From Phoronis australis (Eukaryota > Animalia > Phoronida): DNA of 64,000 nt. The notes under the pieces are model-generated. The model ran no database searches, was not told the origin of the DNA, and saw nothing but the letters and a program-made list of their open reading frames with translations. The position numbers and the translations under genes were made by a program. Where the stretch lies: the NCBI GenBank assembly GCA_002633005.1, contig NMRA01000205.1, forward strand, positions 637,688 through 701,687. Reading direction: 5' to 3'. Position 1 is the first letter of the stretch. Each line of letters starts with the position of its first letter. Of the stretch, positions 38,101 to 49,985 are shown in pieces.

Positions 38101-41100
38101 TAGTAAAAGAAGTTGTAGACTGAAGACCTGTTTCAAAAGCTGATTTCTTGTCTTGTGGTTTTTAGTCTGTTCCCAAGCAGGTTTATAAATGGCTGTCTTT
38201 TGACTTCAAGTTGTAGACACAATTTCTCTATCATTTAGTCTAAATTTTGTGAAACAGGTGAAACATAAAAGGAAAACTTTTTATTCAATTTAACTACAAA
38301 TTGGTCACAATTTCAGAAAGTTCATTCATAGTTATATCGCGTTTTGGTCATGGTAGACCGACAAGAAAAACCTCGCCTCATTTTTGGGTCTGGAAATTCC
38401 TGAGAAAACCTCAGCTTTGTTTTGGCCGGTAACATGAGATTTCACGCCAATTCACATTACCTGATGGTGTTAAGATCCATTACCAGACCAGGTGTTATTA
38501 CCGTGTTTATTGCCCCTACAGCCGGAATGGGTAATAAACTATGGAAATCACTGATAAAAGTGTGTCAAGTTTATAGTCCCTGTTACCCCTGAGATTCTAT
38601 CGCGAACATTTCGCGTTATGGATTGGATGAAAATTCTAAAAATGCAATATCACTCTATAACAGTGAAGTTATGATTTAACCTACGTATATATAGATTATT
38701 ACATGGCGAAATCGTTATCCCCCGTTATCTAGAGCCCGAGGGCTCTAGATAAGGGGGATAACGACTGAGAACATGTAATAATCTATTTATACCACATACT
38801 GAACGAGAAACATTGCAATGAATCGATCTACCTTTCTCGACTCGCCTCAGCTTTGTAACTACTTTCTATGTCAGAGGCCCAGGGGACGGAGGTCGTGACC
38901 TTTTAAGAAAAGCCGAGATATTTTTGTAAAATATGCTTTTACTCAAAACCAATTGAAAAATAAAACAAAATAGAAATAAAGTGAATCTATAAATTAAGGT
39001 TTAGCAACTGTTATAGCTTATTACACATATTATCACACTAAGCTTCGACCGGCAATATATCGTCTGCTAAAGTAGGTTACCATTAGTAACTGACTATAAT
39101 GCTCAAGTCAAAGGATCCTGACCACACGACACCTGCAAAGCATTCAAATTAGAGATCGGTGATTTACAAGTGAGAGAACATGAGAGAAAAATTTCACTGA
39201 ATTAAAATATTGTTTTTATGGAAATTATGCGTCTTATTTTTCATAGCGTATAATTGTCGGTGCAATGCCCTTTGCTGAGCATGCAATTGTTGCGCGTGCT
39301 CATTTAAGTATTCTATTTTCACGTTCGATGACGTCAGCCGCTGAGTGGTGTAGTGGTAAAGTCGGCGACTTGCAACTGTTGAGGCCCGGGTTCGAATCCG
39401 GCTTCGGTTTCCCGCCAAAATTTTATCTCACTAGTGAGATAACTTTATGGGTTATTACACGGTTGTATCTGTCATTCGAGGCTAGTATTGTGGTATAAGT
39501 GTCATTATAGACCAGCATTTCAATGAATAATGAAGCCTGTGTTGTATTGTTTTTAGGAAAAGACATTGGAGACCAAGGGCTTGTTTCAAAAGCTGTTTTT
39601 TGAATTGCATTCTTACAGATTTCTGTTTTTTTTTTTTGGCTCCAAGTTGTAGACAGAATTTCTGACTTTTAGTCTTAGCCTGTTTTTGCGAAATAGGTGA
39701 AACATAAAATAGAAACTTTTTGTTCAATTCAATCTAGAATACCCTAACAGGAAAATGGCCCCGAACACCCAGAAACATAATACCAACAACAGTTTTTTGT
39801 TGTTGTCTTGCCTCTGAAGTGGAATAGATAAATATGGATAAGCACGAAATGACTTTTTAGTTGCACTTTTACATGGCAACATGAGTATAATTTTACGTGA
39901 AAATTGTCTCGTTCGTCAAGAAACAGGACATTCTGGACATGGGATGAAAGCTACCAAAAGGAGGACAGTTGGCAACAATTTTCTTATTCAGAACTTTCAC
40001 GTGTCATTTGTAGACCAATACAGCATTTCAGTGGAAAGCCTCGCTTTGCAAGCTTTGGTCTTGTGTCATTGAACTTTCACTTAAATGAGGAAGGGAATAG
40101 ACAACCTCAGGTGGAGGAAGCTTTTGCCAAGGTTCAAGGCCAATTCATTCAATTTAAGCAAACCATAACGTTAAACTTTGTTTGCTAGTTCTTAATTATG
40201 AAACCATTAGTCACAGTTTGTTAGAGCCACCTGTGGGACTTTTTGGTCCATAGAGTAGGACTGCAACCGTGATTTATTTCCTCAGTATGGAATTCACTAG
40301 CTAGTCGACTGATGTTTTGGCAGTCCTGAATGTTTGGGCAATGTGTACTATCTGTTGTTTTTTGGAAAAAAGGCGTGTTTTCCATGACACTGTGTCTGTA
40401 CGGAGTTTGTTCCAAATTTTTAAAAACAAAACTTACTGAATAAATACATATATGAGCTTTGGAAGAAAACCAACTATACAATGGCACTGCCTAATTAGAC
40501 CTTTTTATGACTTGACTTTGCTGGACAATCTAACAAAAGTTGATAATTATTGAAGCAGTAAACTCTGTAATGAAATCGGCAAACACTTCATATTGTAAAT
40601 TAATGCGACTTCACATTTTTATAACATTTTTTGTTATATTTGGGGCAATTAAAAAATTGATTGGTAGATATATTTGATATACTAGGGTACCCTGTCTGAT
40701 ATGAAGAATTTTGAAAAAGATTCAAGTCTTACACTGCGTCAATTATATGGAGCCTAACAAGGTTATACTTTGTAACAAATTTGTAGAGCCATGCATAGAT
40801 CGAGGCCATATTGCATACAAGGTTATACTTCGTAACAAAGTTATAATGTCTTGCATAGCTCTTTTGGCAATGAAAACTTATCCCTACAAGAAATCTTACT
40901 TTTGAAATTTTTCATGATATATTGCTTTTGACAATGACTTCTTGAGTAAGAGCCTTTGAGGGATATTGGCTTCTGTGGATTAACAGGCAATGTGTTTGTC
41001 GAGTTTACTTGATATGTAGTGAAAGTCTGATACATTTATGTATTGTAAATATTGTCTGAAGAATTTGAAAATGCTCGGTAAGAATCCACGAGATGATTGT

Positions 41101-44100
41101 CGAAGACAAACACGTGATACAGAAATTTGTGTGGGAAACATGAATCTGTAAGATTCTTCTGTAACATCTTAGAATTCTGGGAAATCTGTAAAACTTTCGG
41201 ATGATGCGCAACTCTTGACATATATGCTGATAGAATTTTTGCCGATTAAGGTAGCAAATACATCTGGAACACATCAGGTACTTTTGTAGCCTAAGTGACT
41301 TAGAATTCTGGGAAATCTGTAAAACTTTCAGATGAGTGATGCGCAACTGTTGACATAAATGCTGATAGAATTTTTGCTGATTAAGGGAGCAAATACATCT
41401 GGAACACATCGGGTATTTTCGTAGCCTCAGTGATCATCCCTCGGAGGTCTGTGCAGGCACTTCTTTTAAGTCTTTTGACTTTTGAAATGGAGAATGCCAG
41501 GAAATACACCAGCATGACCCTGTGATAACCAATTAAAACTTTAACGTAAAGTACACCAAAAGGCAGGCCAAGGATTAAGAATGACCTCTGGTGTGTCTTT
41601 TGAAACCTTCCGGGCAGATAGCCGTAATTTTTAGCTGTATGTTGACCAAACCTCTTCGGTGTTTGCATGTAGTGATTTCATATCAACCTAATTGATAATG
41701 ATATTACATAAATATTAAGTTGATTTAATCATACAATAAAATGCACACCCTGCACTTGTGTGTAAAAACGAGTATTGGGAAATACATTTTGTTGTTGTAC
41801 CTTGTACTGTACAACTTTCAGTACACTTTTTAGCATGTACAGCAGTGTTAGTAGTAAGCCTTTGAAATTGCAATTTTAGCAGTTATTTCATCCAAAGTTG
41901 GAGACACTTTACCTCCACGTTATGTGTTATTTTACTTAAGACTACTGAATGTTGATAAGGGAATTTCGTTCTAGTTGTGATTTCTAATCATAGCTTATGC
42001 TGACTTGCAAAATAATAAGCTAACCTGGAGATGAGTGATAAGTTCAATCCCTTTTATCGATCAGTTTACGCAACCAAAAAGTCACATTTCAGCTGAATAT
42101 GATTGGTATACATTATTTGGCATATTTGCAATTCAGAAATTACGACTTCACAAAGTGTGATGATCAAAGTTTCTATATTTTATCTGTGGCATATCTTGTC
42201 TAAAGCTTGTCATTACCTGCAGAGAATGAGAGCTTTTAAGTCGTATAATCTTGTCGCTGCCAAACAACGGGGCAACACATGTTGTGAACATAGCCTTTAA
42301 GCTACAATACACCTCCACAACTCTGGCCTTGAGCTTCTATGCTTTCATTGTGAGTTAGTGCATGATGTACTAACAATAGGTTATAACTCATGCCTGGAAC
42401 TCCTTTTCCAATAAATAGCTGTAGGCTTGGGTTTTTGTTGACAAAATTGCTATTACTTGACCAATTTTATTATGCGCCCACATATTTATATGTGGACGCA
42501 TTATGCCGTCATCTCTGTCCGTCCGTCCGGGCGGCGTCCGGCGTCTGGCGTCCGGCGTCCGCTGCTCTATCTCCAAAACCCTTTGACATACGTTCATGAA
42601 ATTTGGCACATGTGTTCCATTCATGAATGGGACGGCATGTGCGAACTTTCAGACGGATCCGACTACCGGTGTGCCCCCTAGTGGCGATTTTAGTTTTTTA
42701 CGCTTACCTTTGTATCTTCAAAAGTCCTGAACGGATTTTCATGAAATTTGGTATGTAGGCACCTAGTAGTGAGATGACGCTATCCTGCCGTTTTCGGATG
42801 GATTCGACATAGTTTGCGCCACCTAGTGGCCATTTTTANNNNNNNNNNNNNNNNNNNNNNNNNNNNNNNNNNNNNNNNNNNNNNNNNNNNNNNNNNNNNN
42901 NNNNNNNNNNNNNNNNNNNNNNNNNNNNNNNNNNNNNNNNNNNNNNNNNNNNNNNNNNNNNNNNNNNNNNNNNNNNNNNNNNNNNNNNNNNNNNNNNNNN
43001 NNNNNNNNNNNNNNNNNNNNNNNNNNNNNNNNNNNNNNNNNNNNNNNNNNNNNNNNNNNNNNNNNNNNNNNNNNNNNNNNNNNNNNNNNNNNNNNNNNNN
43101 NNNNNNNNNNNNNNNNNNNNNNNNNNNNNNNNNNNNNNNNNNNNNNNNNNNNNNNNNNNNNNNNNNNNNNNNNNNNNNNNNNNNNNNNNNNNNNNNNNNN
43201 NNNNNNNNNNNNNNNNNNNNNNNNNNNNNNNNNNNNNNNNNNNNNNNNNNNNNNNNNNNNNNNNNNNNNNNNNNNNNNNNNNNNNNNNNNNNNNNNNNNN
43301 NNNNNNNNNNNNNNNNNNNNNNNNNNNNNNNNNNNNNNNNNNNNNNNNNNNNNNNNNNNNNNNNNNNNNNNNNNNNNNNNNNNNNNNNNNNNNNNNNNNN
43401 NNNNNNNNNNNNNNNNNNNNNNNNNNNNNNNNNNNNNNNNNNNNNNNNNNNNNNNNNNNNNNNNNNNNNNNNNNNNNNNNNNNNNNNNNNNNNNNNNNNN
43501 NNNNNNNNNNNNNNNNNNNNNNNNNNNNNNNNNNNNNNNNNNTGTTTCTGTGGTGCTTTAAGCAACTGGTGTATAGGATGTGCTTGTATTATGAAGATTA
43601 CTCACATTTTGCCCCTAGCCTATTGAGGAGACAATGACCATGCCTTTCCATTTTGCAAAGTATGCCCTCTACTGGCCACTTTATGGTACCAATAAACAAC
43701 CCTAGAAGGATACCGTATGCGGTGCAATTGTGGGCGCATTTCAACGCTCCGCGTTGCTCTTGTAAATTCAAGCACCCACATAGTCAAAAATTTTCTCATC
43801 TGTACAGATTTTATGGTGTCTATCAGTTTTCATGTCTCAAAAAATAGAAAAGTACAGTCAGGATGCTTTCAAGCCTTCTCAGATATGTTTTGATTAGAAA
43901 CAGTTATTGCTCTCACTATGTGACCTTGTGAATAAAGTCACTCTATTGATGACTTACCCCTCTCGTGAGACTGAAATGTGGATTTGTAGAAATCAAAAAT
44001 TTCCTCCAAATCAAACCTTGTTTAAAGGGGATGTTCACAGCATGTATTTGCCATCAGGTGTCTATTCCTTTTTGCATCACTATTTGTTGTAAAGGGTAAT

Positions 44101-47100
44101 CAGTGGACGCTCAGCTGTCTTAGGACAATATGTTCTGGGGTGAGTTGTTGCAGCGTAACTCATAGTGTGGACATTACGTCATATGGTGACTGCATGCCAC
44201 TCCTCCAGCGATGTGGGAAATGATGAGTGTTATTTGAGTAGAAAACTTGGGAAATGAAAGTGGGCATATCATTAGGGTGTTCTCCTGTTCACTGAATACA
44301 AGACATTGGACAACTGCAAGCTCCTTGTGAAGTGCCAACTAAGCATAGTCTTTTGTTTGGTATGACAACATGCAGGTCAATTAATTACCAGAGGCTATTA
44401 CTGACCACGTGTGAACACCAGTTCGTTGTTGCATTCGAACAGAATAGATTGTTGTAACTTCGGTTGTAGTTGGTGATTCAAAAAATAAACCTGCAGCACA
44501 GCACAGTCGGGCTAGATAGGATCTGATCCGAAATTAGAGCAATTATCGAACAAAAGAGAGTGGACCCTCCAACCATAAATTCCAGAATGGACCCAATAAG
44601 TCATGTAAGATATTAGCTACAGGGGTGATCTGTCCAACTTAATGTTGTGGTACACAACCGAACATGTTCGACTCAACGGGAGAATGCCCTATGTACTCTT
44701 GTGAAATTTCATATGATGAGTAAAAATCTCTGATCGTGAGTTCATTCATTCAATAACTAGATATTACTATGATACATTTTATTAGAGCAGTACTAGAAGT
44801 TATATGTAGAGAAAGATTGCATCCTGGAGACGTAATAGCAGTGAAAATTAATGGTTGTCCTAAATGTCGTGTTTCTATGTTCGAGATTTCTGGCAATATC
44901 TGTCTTCCTTGTCACCTTATGGCTGGAAATGTAGGTAAACATCGATTACTGGTTGATTACATTTTGCGTGGAATACCAGCTTCCCACAATCCATTGCAGA
45001 TATCCCACAAATCTCTCACCATAGAAAAGACTGTTTTGACTACAACAGATGCATAGACATGTTTGACCCCTGTTCTGAAATTTCATAGGTGGTTGAGAGT
45101 ACGATTACTGCTTCATTTGAAGTCGCCAGGAAGTCAACCATTCCGTCAGACAACACGGCTCACAAGGTAACCTTTAAAGGAATACGAAAGTAGACCTAAT
45201 CGAGTGTTATGTGTTGAAACATTATTACTTGTATTTTTACAAATGCCGTGCTAACTAAATTTTTTTACCATGGAATAACACTGAACAGATACTTTATAAT
45301 GAATGTTTTCTTTCTGTCGTTCATAGAAAGAGAATGTTTATAATTGAATCTTTCAAGTATCAGTCAAGCTGTTCATCAGTAGAGATAGCCGGGGTACATT
45401 AAACTAGTTCCTTGTAAGTTTGACAGAACCACCTATGATCATTATGCAATTTTTGAAAATTACTTGAAGGAAAGGGTAATGTTTCGCGGGTAGGGTAATT
45501 TTCAATTTATTTATTCAAAAATAATTGCCAAAATGGTCATTTTTGATGATTAGCGTGGTGCAAATATACCAAATTTATGTAAGTGGCAAAATTGGACAAA
45601 ATAGAATTTCACTGGTTGGCCATGTTGTTTGCTAAATAAATCTAATTACATAGTTAGAGCAGCAATCCGGCTGGTGAATGCTATTAGAAAATGACATCCG
45701 CTGGAAGCGGCTGATCTTCCATACTTGAATATCGAGTTAATGGAGAAATTTATGAATAAACACTAGATCCGTTCCAAAAGTTCTCACTACTAGAATATGC
45801 CTCAGATTTAGGCCAAAATTCGTGTAGACAGTGTCAGTAATGTTAGAATGGGAAGTACAGTACGCCCCTACATGTTATGGCGGTGATAATTTTATAAATT
45901 AAGAAATGAGATTCTCACTAAGGTTGCATTAAATTCATCTGCACATTTTCTTACTCTGCAGGTGACCATTGCCATGTTTGACTTAAAGTCGACGTTTGCG
46001 TACGAGTGCATACCGAAGAAAGCGGCGCATGCTTTCTTCAAGGCCAAAGTGACCAACACATCGCCGTACGCCATGTTGGCTGGTCCCGCCAACATCTTCT
46101 TGGACAACAGTTTCATTGCAAAGGTACACACTAATTCAAATACAGCAAAATTGCATTAATTTGGTCTAACCGGACAGCGAGATTCTGTTCAAGTAAGGTG
46201 AAATCCAACTTTTCTGGTGGGAAGCAGGCCACAGACTAGATCTGTTATAACATAGAACTTAGATGGAGTTCAGTGAGTATCTCACTTGTGTTCTTCCAAG
46301 TTAGTCATGCATTTAGTTTTTCTCGACTGGCCTTATGAAAAGGTTTCATTTTGATAACTATGGTCATTTCAATTGTTTCCCTGGGTAACAATGTATCTAT
46401 TTGCAATTTAAGGTACTTGATAATTCAGGTAATGTTCTAAGTGCACAGACCCCAAGCTCCATTATGATGCACCCACATATTTAAATGGTGCATATTGCCA
46501 TCATCTTTGTCTGGGCATCAGGCGTCCACAACTGTATCTCTCCTAAACCCCTCACACGAGCTTGATGAGATTTAGCAGATGTGTTCCTAGGAAGCAGAAG
46601 ACAGATGACGCCGAATTTCGGACCTGTCCGACTACCGGTCTGGCAATTCTAATTTTTTACGCTTGGAGGCCCTCAACAGATTTTCATAAGATTTGGCAGT
46701 TAGGCATCTGTTAGTGAGATGAAGCTATCCTCTCGATTTCAGACGGATTGGAGGTACTTTGCGCCACCTGGTGGCCATTTTTACTGTTTTTGAGTTTGTC
46801 AGCCCTTCTATCAACCAAACCGCTCTAGGGATAATTGTGAAAATTGGCATATATGTTCTTACTGTAAAGACAGCTGACAATTACTTTCCTTCGACTACTG
46901 TGGCGCCTGCTAGTGGCAGTTAAGTTTTTGCGCCCATGGCTGTATCTCCCAATGGTTCTACAGAATCTTTATTAAATATTAATAGTTTATTTATATGAAG
47001 TTGTGAACAAATGACGTCAACTTTTGGACAGATCGGACTACCTGAATGCCCCCTAGTGGCAATTTTATTTGTTTACGTTTACCTCTGTATCGTCAAAGGT

Positions 47101-49985
47101 CCTCAACGGATTTTCATAAACTGAGGCGGATAGGCATCTATAAGTGAGATGATGCTAATTTCCGGTTTTCGTTTTGATTCAAACTATTTTGCGCCACCTG
47201 GTGTCCATTTTTAATGTTTTCGAATCTGTTTTTGGCGTCTACCCCTCTGTCAACCAAACCACTCTAAGGATGATTGTGTAAATTGCCATGTATGTTCCTA
47301 ATGTGATGAGGAGAGCTGACGATGATTTTCCGACGACCTTGACTACTGTAGAACCTCCTAGTGGTAGTTTTTTACCCCGATGGCTGTATCTCCTTAACCT
47401 TCTGTTGGTTCTTTATTAAATTCAGCAAGTGTATTTATATGAAGTTGACAACAAACAACCGACAACAACTTTCAGACATGTCTGACAAACCCCTGTGCCC
47501 CCTATTTCATTTTGTTTTCTTCTGCTTCTCTGAAGCTGCTTGACGAACTCTTATGAAATTTGATAAAGTGCATTCTGTTGAAATTATGACATATTCAAGG
47601 TACCTAAACTACTCGGTTAACGGACTCATAAACGCAGTCACGGACACATGAACACGACTCATGGGCCTGCAAACACCATTCGCTGACTCACAAACACGGG
47701 AACGGACTCACAAACAGGATCCATTCACCCAAATACACTGGACACGGACTCACATTTACGAAGAAACACGGATAACGGACCGCCAAACACGGTTCACTCC
47801 GATAAAGCATGCCATAAACACGGGTCACGGACTCATCGGCTTCCTGGGTCAGCTGACATCTACATTTTGTCCGTAAACCGTGTTGGCGGTCCGTTAACCC
47901 TGTTTCTTCATGAATGTGAGTCCGTGTCTCGTGTATTTGAGTGAATGGATCGTGTTTTGTGAGTCCATTCCTGTGTTTGTGAATCAGTGAACGCTGTTTG
48001 GAGGTACGTGAGTCGTGTTCATGTGTCCGTGACCGTGTTTATGAGTCCGTTAACCATGTAGTTTAGGTACCTTGATGTTTCTGTTTTCGGATGTATTCGT
48101 CATATTTTGCACCATCTAGTGGCCATTTTCACTGTTTTCTAGTCTGTTTTTAGCATATATGTTCTTAGTGTGAAGAGTACAGTTGATGATGATTTTCCAA
48201 GGACTTCATCTACTGTGGTGCCTCCTAGTGGCAGTTATGTTTTTCGACCACAGTCTCCAAGTGGCAATTTCATTTGTTCTGTTTTCCTCCATTTCTCAGA
48301 AGTTCCGTGACAGATTTTTATGAAATTTGGTAAATAGTTTCGATGACATATGCCAGTTTTCAGATGGATTCGACGTATTTTGCGCCATCTAGTGGCTATT
48401 TTTATGATACAAATAAACACCCCTAGAGGCACGCCGTTTGTGGTGCACTCGTGGGCAATCAACGCTCCGCCATGCTCTTGTTCTTTTTTTCAGACTTGAC
48501 CAATATTATCCAGTAGTATCCAATGTTACCAAAGGGTTTTGACATAGTCACTACCTTGTTCAAGGTTGCATGGATTACAGGATTTTTTTTCAAGCCTGAT
48601 TAATTGCACATATCACCTGTCTGAATCAAGCGTAGCAATGGTTAGAACTCGAGCAAGGAAATTCAAGCTTAGAGAGAAATATCTAATGCCTTTAAGTTTG
48701 ACTAAGCGTGCTCAACTTCATCTTAGTATTTCTAATTTGGTGTCTTTATTGTGTTTACAGAGTGATTTGAAAGCTGTAAGCCCGTCGGAAGAATTTGAGT
48801 GTTCTCTCGGAGTTGACAACGGCGTGCGTGTCACCTACAAACCTGTCCACAAGTTCCGCAGCAACTCTGGATGGATGTCAACATGGACGACAACCACGTT
48901 CCACCAGCTGATTGAGATTAAGAACACTCACACCACACCGATTAAGATTACAGTCACCGATCATTATCCGAAAAGTAACGAAGCCAAGATTAAGGTGAGT
49001 CTTGAAAGAGGCATCTAACTGTAACAGTCATTTAGCCTTTTGGGTGCATAGCCAAGATCTGACCCCAAGCAATATCTGCCAGCAACTGGTTATGCAAGAA
49101 CCTGTGTGCAGTTCAATAGATGATTAATTCTGTGTAAATTTTCTGTTGTGTACCAATCAAGTGGTGGTCATCAGGCTACTTTAAGGGGATATCAGGTGAT
49201 GTGTCTCTATGTGAATTAAGCTGATCTCCAAATCTTAGCTTGCATCACTGTACACCGGGAGAATTTGTTCAACACCCTAATGGAAAATGCTTTTGTTTCT
49301 TAGGTTTGCAAAATGAAATTCTCTACTTTGTTCCACTGTGGTGTTTTGAATTTATTTAGGCTGTTTTAACTGGAGTCATAGCAATAGTCAGTGTAGTGTG
49401 TAGTCAACCACTGTGATCAAGACATTAACCTTTGATCTATATTTCGACCCTGTTGCTGACACTGGTTTGATAGGTAGAGTGAGTTGCACTCAATCAGTTG
49501 CTCCAGTTTCAACTACATGTCTAAACACAACTGGGCAGAAAGGGATCATCTTTCAATGCGCTTGCACAATAGTATATATTCGGTGATCAGCTGGCATTCC
49601 ATGTGGTTTGGACATTTGCTATTGTTTATGCGAGCATGCGCAGCCAGTCTTCGTGTAAGTGACTACTGCTGATCCACTTTGCGATCTAATGTGGTGTAAG
49701 TGCGACTTAAGTAGAGCAAGTCGCGCCGTGACACAATGACTACTGTCTCATGTAAAAGCGGTTTAAGTGAACAGCACGTTTCACTCTCCTACGTTTCAGG
49801 TACACTTGATTGAGCCTGCCCTGGCCAAGGAAAAGACAGAGGGTAAGAACACCGCATCGCTGAATAAAGACAACAACATCGTGTGGGACCTGAACATGGC
49901 CGGCAGTGCAACTGAAGAGATCAGTCTTAAGTACACCGTTGAACATCCCAGTGATAAGGTCATGGACACTGTGGTCGTCGATTAG
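22930..49985 (+). CDS. DUF4140 (N-terminal) / DUF4139 (C-terminal) protein, F37C4.5-like; ~570-573 aa depending on linker exon
   Basis: The N-terminal IVSVVVYQDRAEVTR...GL...D.DSIRV is followed by a coiled coil, then L.ISYVV.NA.W.P.YDIR, Q.TGE.W....SLSTA.P, IPSD...HKV, LAGPANIFLD..F and LGVD..V.V, motifs typical of DUF4139 proteins. Exons 22930-23126, 24754-24982, 25337-25539, 27183-27312, 28787-28944, [32637-32781 or 34411-34546], 45089-45166, 45962-46123, 48761-48994 and 49800-49985 splice in frame. Confidence 0.88.
24754..24982 (+). CDS. DUF4139 gene exon 2 (coiled coil)
   Basis: ctgtag|VEGKGAATITEV...PTPTE|gtgaga. Confidence 0.88.
25337..25539 (+). CDS. DUF4139 gene exon 3
   Basis: tgacag|KSSQSDFLNPEFLGNVSNFLEFYLKN...QTIS R|gtagga; a second in-frame acceptor lies at 25348. 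Confidence 0.82.
27183..27312 (+). CDS. DUF4139 gene exon 4
   Basis: ESSILLDVHEAGEVTLLISYVVHNAQWTPKYDIRAFSDQDTLK|gtagtt. Confidence 0.9.
28787..28944 (+). CDS. DUF4139 gene exon 5
   Basis: VQYHGMIQQSTGEEWTDAKISLSTATPS...TKR R|gtgagt (phase 2). Confidence 0.9.
29620..29852. repeat. Minisatellite, 29-bp unit x8
   Basis: accttgacatcctgtccatagtccctctg. Confidence 0.95.
30426..30655. repeat. Minisatellite, 21-bp unit x~11
   Basis: cccactgtagttcccctatgg. Confidence 0.95.
31891..32062 (+). pseudogene. R-SNARE (synaptobrevin/VAMP)-like pseudo-exon within a DUF4139 intron
   Basis: Reads FKPKRQTVSVETVC*EVRDIMTSHIDAVLTRGESHGDLDERSSLLVDTAISKIGERD; in-frame TAG at 31934-31936. Confidence 0.6.
32637..32781 (+). 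CDS. DUF4139 gene alternative linker exon 6A
   Basis: tgcattcag|A TCA...SGRFKKKTMMHRQPQEEQPYFGTTLFSTAQSMMMAPPAPPQMMEAVAE|gttagc; 145 nt, phase 2 to 0. Confidence 0.8.
34411..34546 (+). CDS. DUF4139 gene alternative linker exon 6B
   Basis: tgcattcag|A TCA...SQKSPRGWGLMSDNEDEQPTVFRGFGGPAAFTPAPVPQMMPAVAE|gttagc; 136 nt, phase 2 to 0. Confidence 0.8.
36957..37882 (+). mobile_element. Helentron/DINE-1-like non-autonomous element with internal CTAGTGG repeats
   Basis: Starts ttatgcgccca, has internal ccNctagtggc/atgaaattt units, ends gtgggcgcgttgctcttgt. Confidence 0.6.
38689..39498 (-). mobile_element. Helentron/HINE-like element with terminal hairpin, subterminal inverted repeats and a tRNA-like insert
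   Basis: Hairpin at 38691-38786; subTIRs ttataccacatact (38787) and agtattgtggtataa (39484-39498); empty-site paralog at ~38025-38043. Confidence 0.75.
39340..39410 (+). other. tRNA-like/SINE-head sequence (pseudo-tRNA)
   Basis: A-box tggtgtagtggt and B-box ggttcgaatcc; imperfect acceptor and anticodon stems. Confidence 0.55.
40014..40131 (+). CDS. Candidate alternative linker exon 6C of the DUF4139 gene
   Basis: tttgtag|A CCA...PIQHFSGKPRFASFGLVSLNFHLNEEGNRQPQVEEAFAK|gttcaa; 118 nt, phase 2 to 0; its end resembles PQMMEAVAE; weak donor. Confidence 0.4.
42465..43763 (+). mobile_element. Helentron/DINE-1-like element spanning the assembly gap
   Basis: 5' ttattatgcgcccac...hairpin...(ccgt)n; 3' gtgggcgcat subTIR plus caacgctccgcgttg hairpin. 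Confidence 0.65.
45089..45166 (+). CDS. DUF4139 gene exon 7
   Basis: ttcatag|VVESTITASFEVARKSTIPSDNTAHK|gtaacc; not in the ORF track. Confidence 0.9.
45962..46123 (+). CDS. DUF4139 gene exon 8
   Basis: VTIAMFDLK...MLAGPANIFLDNSFIAK|gtacac. Confidence 0.92.
46461..48482 (+). mobile_element. Helentron/DINE-1-like element (same family) with a nested MITE
   Basis: attatgatgcacccacatat start, CTAGTGG internal units, end gtgggcaatcaacgctccgccatgctcttgt. Confidence 0.65.
47596..48074. mobile_element. Fold-back MITE with ~210-bp inverted repeats
   Basis: caaggtacctaaactac... and ...gtagtttaggtaccttg; the arms are reverse-complementary along most of their length. Confidence 0.85.
48761..48994 (+). 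CDS. DUF4139 gene exon 9
   Basis: tttacag|SDLKAVSPSEEFECSLGVD...PKSNEAKIK|gtgagt. Confidence 0.92.
49800..49985 (+). CDS. DUF4139 gene terminal exon
   Basis: tttcag|VHLIEP...IVWDLNM...ISLKYTVEHP...VVD*; AATAAA near 50698. Confidence 0.9.
   Translation, partial: VHLIEPALAKEKTEGKNTASLNKDNNIVWDLNMAGSATEEISLKYTVEHPSDKVMDTVVVD

Noticed and set aside
39340-39410. Functional tRNA gene
   Set aside because: Acceptor and anticodon stems pair poorly and it sits inside a transposon.
41168-41430. ~130-bp local direct repeat with overlapping ORFs
   Set aside because: Simple intronic duplication with no coding signature.
42780-43626. Long ORFs of 261/270 aa
   Set aside because: Artefacts of the N gap.
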